DNA of 64,000 nt from the human T2T-CHM13v2.0 reference genome, Homo sapiens. A program made the translations under genes and the position numbers. The notes under the pieces are model-generated. The model worked only from the letters and a program-made list of their open reading frames with translations. It did no database searches and was not told the DNA's origin. Below are positions 57,609-64,000 of the stretch, in pieces. Positions within the stretch are counted from its first letter, which is position 1, and each line of letters starts with the position of its first letter. The DNA lies in the NCBI RefSeq assembly GCF_009914755.1, contig NC_060925.1; one strand, written 5' to 3'.

Positions 57609-58671
57609 ATGGAATCGTCATCGAATGAATTGAATGCAATCATCGAATGGTCTCGAATGGAATCATCTTCTAATGGAAAGGAATGGAATCATCGCATAGA
57701 ATCGAATGGAATTATCATCGAATGGAATCGAATGGTATCAACACCAAACGGAAAAAAACGGAATTATCGAATGGAATCGAAGAAAATCTTCGAACGGACC
57801 CGAATGGAATCATCTAATGGAATGGAATGGAATAATCCATGGACTCGAATGCAATCATCATCGAATGGAATCGAATGGAATCATCGAATGGACTCGAATG
57901 GAATAATCATTGAACGGAATCGAATGGAATCATCATCGGATGGAAACGAATGGAATCATCATCGAATGGAAATGAAAGAAGTCATCATCTAATGGAATTG
58001 CATGGAATCATCATAAAATGGAATCGAATGGAATCAACATCAAATGGAATCAAATGGAATCATTGAACGGAATTGAATGGAATCGTCATCGAATGAATTG
58101 ACTGCAATCATCGAATGGTCTCGAATGGAATCATCTTCAAATGGAATGGAATGGAATCATCGCATAGAATCGAATGGAATTATCATCGAATGGAATCGAA
58201 TGGAATCAACATCAAACGGAAAAAAACGGAATTATCGAATGGAATCGAAGAGAATCATCGAATGGACCCGAATGGAATCATCTAATGGAATGGAATGGAA
58301 TAATCCATGGACTCGAATGCAATCATCATCGAATGGAATCGAATGGAATCATCGAATGAACTCGAATGGAATCATCATTGAATGGAATCGAATGGAATCA
58401 TCGAGTGGAATCGAATGGAATTATGATCAAATGGAATTGAATGTAATCATCATCAAATGGAATCAAAAATAACCATCATCAATTGGTATTGAATGGAATT
58501 GTCATCAAATGGAATTCAAAGGAATCATCATCAAATGGAACCGAATGGAATCCTCATTGAATGGAAATGAAAGGGGTCATCATCTAATGGAATCGCATGG
58601 AATCATCATCAAATGGAATCGAATGGAATCATCATCAAATGGAATCTAATGGAATCATTGAACAGAATTGA
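57609..58671 (+). repeat. Short 1,063-bp unit, copy 5
   Basis: Same junction at ~58358; spacing 1063. Confidence 0.93.
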
Positions 58672-61600
58672 ATGGAATCGTCATCGAATGAATTGAATGC
58701 AATCATCGAATGGTCTCGAATGGAATCATCTTCTAATGGAAAGGAATGGAATCATCGCATAGAATCGAATGGAATTATCATCGAATGGAATCGAATGGTA
58801 TCAACACCAAACGGAAAAAAACGGAATTATCGAATGGAATCGAAGAGAATCTTCGAACGGACCCGAATGGAATCATCTAATGGAATGGAATGGAATAATC
58901 CATGGACTCGAATGCAATCATCATCGAATGGAATCGAATGGAATCATCGAATGGACTCGAATGGAATAATCATTGAACGGAATCGAATGGAATCATCATC
59001 GGATGGAAACGAATGGAATCATCATCGAATGGAAATGAAAGGAGTCATCATCTAATGGAATTGCATGGAATCATCATAAAATGGAATCGAATGGAATCAA
59101 CATCAAATGGAATCAAATGGAATCATTGAACGGAATTGAATGGAATCGTCATCGAATGAATTGACTGCAATCATCGAATGGTCTCGAATGGAATCATCTT
59201 CAAATGGAATGGAATGGAATCATCGCATAGAATCGAATGGAATTATCATCGAATGGAATCGAATGGAATCAACATCAAACGGAAAAAAACGGAATTATCG
59301 AATGGAATCGAAGAGAATCATCGAATGGACCCGAATGGAATCATCTAATGGAATGGAATGGAATAATCCATGGACTCGAATGCAATCATCATCGAATGGA
59401 ATCGAATGGAATCATCGAATGGACTCGAATGGAATAATCATTGAACGGAAACGAATGGAATCATCATCGGATGGAAATGAATGGAATCATCATCGAATGG
59501 AATCGAATAGAATTATGGAATGAAATCCAGTGTGATCATCATCGAATGGACCCGAATGGAATCATCATCCAACGGAAGCTAATGGAATCAACATCGAATG
59601 AATCGAATGGAAACACCATCGAATTGAAACGAATGGAATTATCATGAAATTGAAATGGATGGACTCATCATCGAATGGATTCGAATGGAATCATCGAATA
59701 AAATTGATTGAAATCATCATCGAATGGAATCGAATGGTATCATTGAATGGAATCGAATGGAATCATCATCAGATGGAAATGAATGGAATCGTCATAGAAT
59801 GGAATCGAATGGATTCATTGAATGGAATCAGATGGAATCATCGAATGGACTGGAATGGAATCATTGAATGGACTCGAAAGGGATCATGATTGAATGGAAT
59901 TGAATGGAATCATCGAATGGTCTCGATTGGAATCATTATCAAATGGAATCGAATGGAATCACCGAATAGAATCGAATGGAACAATCATCGAATGGACTCA
60001 AATGGAATTATCCTCAAATGGAATCGAATGGAATTATCGAATGCAATCGAATGGAATTATCGAATGCAATCGAATAGAATCATCGAATGGACTCGAATGG
60101 AATCATCGAATAGAATGGAATGGAACAGTCAATGAACTCGAATGGAATCATCATTGAATGGAATCGAATGGAATCATCGAGTGGAATCGAATGGAATTAT
60201 GATCAAATGGAATCGAATGTAATCATCATCAAATGGAATCAAAAATAACCATCATCAATTGGTATTGAATGGAATTGTCATCAAATGGAATTCAAAGGAA
60301 TCATCATCAAATGGAACCGAATGGAATCCTCATTGAATGGAAATGAAAGGGGTCATCATCTAATGGAATCGCATGGAATCATCATCAAATGGAATCGAAT
60401 GGAATCATCATCAAATGGAATCTAATGGAATCATTGAACAGAATTGAATGGACTGGTCATCGAATGAATTGAATGCAATCATCGAATGGTCTCGAATGGA
60501 ATCATCTTCTAATGGAAAGGAATGGAATCATCGCATAGAATCGAATGGAATTATCATCGAATGGAATCGAATGGTATCAACACCAAACGGAAAAAAACGG
60601 AATTATCGAATGGAATCGAAGAGAATCTTCGAACGGACCCGAATGGAATCATCTAATGGAATGGAATGGAATAATCCATGGACTCGAATGCAATCATCAT
60701 CGAATGGAATCGAATGGAATCATCGAATGGACTCGAATGGAATAATCATTGAACGGAATCGAATGGAATCATCATCGGATGGAAACGAATGGAATCATCA
60801 TCGAATGGAAATGAAAGGAGTCATCATCTAATGGAATTGCATGGAATCATCATAAAATGGAATCGAATGGAATCAACATCAAATGGAATCAAACGGAATC
60901 ATTGAACGGAATTGAATGGAATCGTCATCGAATGAATTGACTGCAATCATCGAATGGTCTCGAATGGAATCATCTTCAAATGGAATGGAATGGAATCATC
61001 GCATAGAATCGAATGGAATTATCATCGAATGGAATCGAATGGAATCAACATCAAACGGAAAAAAACGGAATTATCGAATGGAATCGAAGAGAATCATCGA
61101 ATGGACCCGAATGGAATCATCTAATGGAATGGAATGGAATAATCCATGGACTCGAATGCAATCATCATCGAATGGAATCGAATGGAATCATCGAATGGAC
61201 TCGAATGGAATAATCATTGAACGGAAACGAATGGAATCATCATCGGATGGAAATGAATGGAATCATCATCGAATGGAATCGAATAGAATTATGGAATGAA
61301 ATCCAGTGTGATCATCATCGAATGGACCCGAATGGAATCATCATCCAACGGAAGCTAATGGAATCAACATCGAATGAATCGAATGGAAACACCATCGAAT
61401 TGAAACGAATGGAATTATCATGAAATTGAAATGGATGGACTCATCATCGAATGGATTCGAATGGAATCATCGAATAAAATTGATTGAAATCATCATCGAA
61501 TGGAATCGAATGGTATCATTGAATGGAATCGAATGGAATCATCATCAGATGGAAATGAATGGAATCGTCATAGAATGGAATCGAATGGATTCATTGAATG

Positions 61601-64000
61601 GAATCAGATGGAATCATCGAATGGACTGGAATGGAATCATTGAATGGACTCGAAAGGGATCATGATTGAATGGAATTGAATGGAATCATCGAATGGTCTC
61701 GATTGGAATCATTATCAAATGGAATCGAATGGAATCACCGAATAGAATCGAATGGAACAATCATCGAATGGACTCAAATGGAATTATCCTCAAATGGAAT
61801 CGAATGGAATTATCGAATGCAATCGAATGGAATTATCGAATGCAATCGAATAGAATCATCGAATGGACTCGAATGGAATCATCGAATAGAATGGAATGGA
61901 ACAGTCAATGAACTCGAATGGAATCATCATTGAATGGAATCGAATGGAATCATCGAGTGGAATCGAATGGAATTATGATCAAATGGAATCGAATGTAATC
62001 ATCATCAAATGGAATCAAAAATAACCATCATCAATTGGTATTGAATGGAATTGTCATCAAATGGAATTCAAAGGAATCATCATCAAATGGAACCGAATGG
62101 AATCCTCATTGAATGGAAATGAAAGGGGTCATCATCTAATGGAATCGCATGGAATCATCATCAAATGGAATCTAATGGAATCATTGAACAGAATTGAATG
62201 GACTGGTCATCGAATGAATTGAATGCAATCATCGAATGGTCTCGAATGGAATCATCTTCTAATGGAAAGGAATGGAATCATCGCATAGAATCGAATGGAA
62301 TTATCATCGAATGGAATCGAATGGTATCAACACCAAACGGAAAAAAACGGAATTATCGAATGGAATCGAAGAGAATCTTCGAACGGACCCGAATGGAATC
62401 ATCTAATGGAATGGAATGGAATAATCCATGGACTCGAATGCAATCATCATCGAATGGAATGGAATGGAATCATCGAATGGACTCGAATGGAATAATCATT
62501 GAACGGAATCGAATGGAATCATCATCGGATGGAAACGAATGGAATCATCATCGAATGGAAATGAAAGGAGTCATCATCTAATGGAATTGCATGGAATCAT
62601 CATAAAATGGAATCGAATGGAATCAACATCAAATGGAATCAAATGGAATCATTGAACGGAATTGAATAGAATCGTCATCGAATGAATTGACTGCAATCAT
62701 CGAATGGTCTCGAATGGAATCATCTTCAAATGGAATGGAATGGAATCATCGCATAGAATCGAATGGAATTATCATCGAATGGAATCGAATGGAATCAACA
62801 TCAAACGGAAAAAAACGGAATTATCGAATGGAATCGAAGAGAATCATCGAATGGACCCGAATGGAATCATCTAATGGAATGGAATGGAATAATCCATGGA
62901 CTCGAATGCAATCATCATCGAATGGAATCGAATGGAATCATCGAATGGACTCGAATGGAATAATCATTGAACGGAAACGAATGGAATCATCATCGGATGG
63001 AAATGAATGGAATCATCATCGAATGGAATCGAATAGAATTATGGAATGAAATCCAGTGTGATCATCATCGAATGGACCCGAATGGAATCATCATCCAACG
63101 GAAGCTAATGGAATCAACATCGAATGAATCGAATGGAAACACCATCGAATTGAAACGAATGGAATTATCATGAAATTGAAATGGATGGACTCATCATCGA
63201 ATGGATTCGAATGGAATCATCGAATAAAATTGATTGAAATCATCATCGAATGGAATCGAATGGTATCATTGAATGGAATCGAATGGAATCATCATCAGAT
63301 GGAAATGAATGGAATCGTCATAGAATGGAATCGAATGGATTCATTGAATGGAATCAGATGGAATCATCGAATGGACTGGAATGGAATCATTGAATGGACT
63401 CGAAAGGGATCATGATTGAATGGAATTGAATGGAATCATCGAATGGTCTCGATTGGAATCATTATCAAATGGAATCGAATGGAATCACCGAATAGAATCG
63501 AATGGAACAATCATCGAATGGACTCAAATGGAATTATCCTCAAATGGAATCGAATGGAATTATCGAATGCAATCGAATGGAATTATCGAATGCAATCGAA
63601 TAGAATCATCGAATGGACTCGAATGGAATCATCGAATAGAATGGAATGGAACAGTCAATGAACTCGAATGGAATCATCATTGAATGGAATCGAATGGAAT
63701 CATCGAGTGGAATCGAATGGAATTATGATCAAATGGAATCGAATGTAATCATCATCAAATGGAATCAAAAATAACCATCATCAATTGGTATTGAATGGAA
63801 TTGTCATCAAATGGAATTCAAAGGAATCATCATCAAATGGAACCGAATGGAATCCTCATTGAATGGAAATGAAAGGGGTCATCATCTAATGGAATCGCAT
63901 GGAATCATCATCAAATGGAATCGAATGGAATCATCATCAAATGGAATCTAATGGAATCATTGAACAGAATTGAATGGACTGGTCATCGAATGAATTGAAT

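Larger units (their letters stand above)
50050..59200 (+). repeat. 4,589-bp higher-order tandem duplication (1750+1776+1063), two copies; ends approximate
   Basis: Anchors 51244/55833, 53020/57609 and 54083/58672 all differ by 4589 and share private variants (aacctcaaacgt, aatgcaaagg, aaagtgattg, aagaaaatc). Confidence 0.88.
1..64000 (+). repeat. Human Satellite II (HSat2/HSATII) pericentromeric array, 1,776-bp unit, most consistent with the HSat2A2 subfamily of chr1q12; GGAAT strand on +
   Basis: Continuous degenerate GGAAT repeats with CATCATCGAATGGAATCGAATGGAAT motifs (HSat2 signature, rich in TCGA). Unit anchors at 90, 1866, 3642, 5564, 7310, 9082, 10832, 12608, 13671, 15447, 17223, 18286, 20062, 21125, 22901, 24677, 26427, 28180, 29956, 31732, 33508, 35289, 37065, 38841, 40617, 42393, 44169, 45945, 47721, 49494, 51244, 53020, 54083, 55833, 57609, 58672, 60448, 62198, 63974. 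Family call is from established knowledge; chromosome assignment is inferred from the 1.77-kb EcoRI periodicity. Confidence 0.97.

Noticed and set aside
90-63683. Hundreds of 60-163 aa plus-strand ORFs (MESSSNGIEWNHR-type)
   Set aside because: They are translations of the GGAAT repeat, open in overlapping frames, low in complexity and freely broken by stops and frameshifts between units. Similar 'hypothetical proteins' in databases are known to derive from human satellite contamination.
1-64000. CRISPR-like repeat array
   Set aside because: There are no unique spacers and no cas genes; everything is degenerate tandem satellite.
1-64000. Alpha satellite/CENP-B boxes, HSat3 (DYZ1, chr9), or telomeric repeat
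   Set aside because: No 171-bp monomer or TTAGGG seen. Pure GGAAT runs are at most about four copies, and CATCATCGA motifs with a 1,776-bp period indicate HSat2.
1-64000. Transposon insertion or strand inversion
   Set aside because: Unit spacing is fully accounted for by satellite indels; no foreign sequence, poly-A tail or CATTC-oriented segment was seen.

Overview
The whole 64 kb window is one uninterrupted, single-orientation array of human classical Satellite II (HSat2/HSATII; degenerate GGAAT/CATTC with CATCGAATGGAATCGAATGGAAT-type 23/26-bp subrepeats). It is organised as a 1,776-bp tandem unit with one EcoRI site per unit, which matches the 1.77-kb chromosome 1q12 HSat2A2 (pUC1.77/D1Z1-type) repeat. 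Using a recurring anchor (ATG of 'aattgaATGgaatcgtcatcg'), I count 38 complete units from 90 to 63973: 22 x 1776, 5 x 1063, 5 x 1750, and one each of 1922, 1781, 1773, 1772, 1753 and 1746 bp. I found no credible genes, RNA genes, transposons or CRISPR; all listed ORFs are by-products of the repeat. I see no new protein-coding system. The interesting content is the array architecture: a 468-bp internal duplication, a recurrent 713-bp deletion unit, a 4,589-bp tandem duplication, a cryptic 24-unit (~40.4-40.5 kb) super-periodicity shown by shared private variants, imported divergent tracts and short gene-conversion patches.
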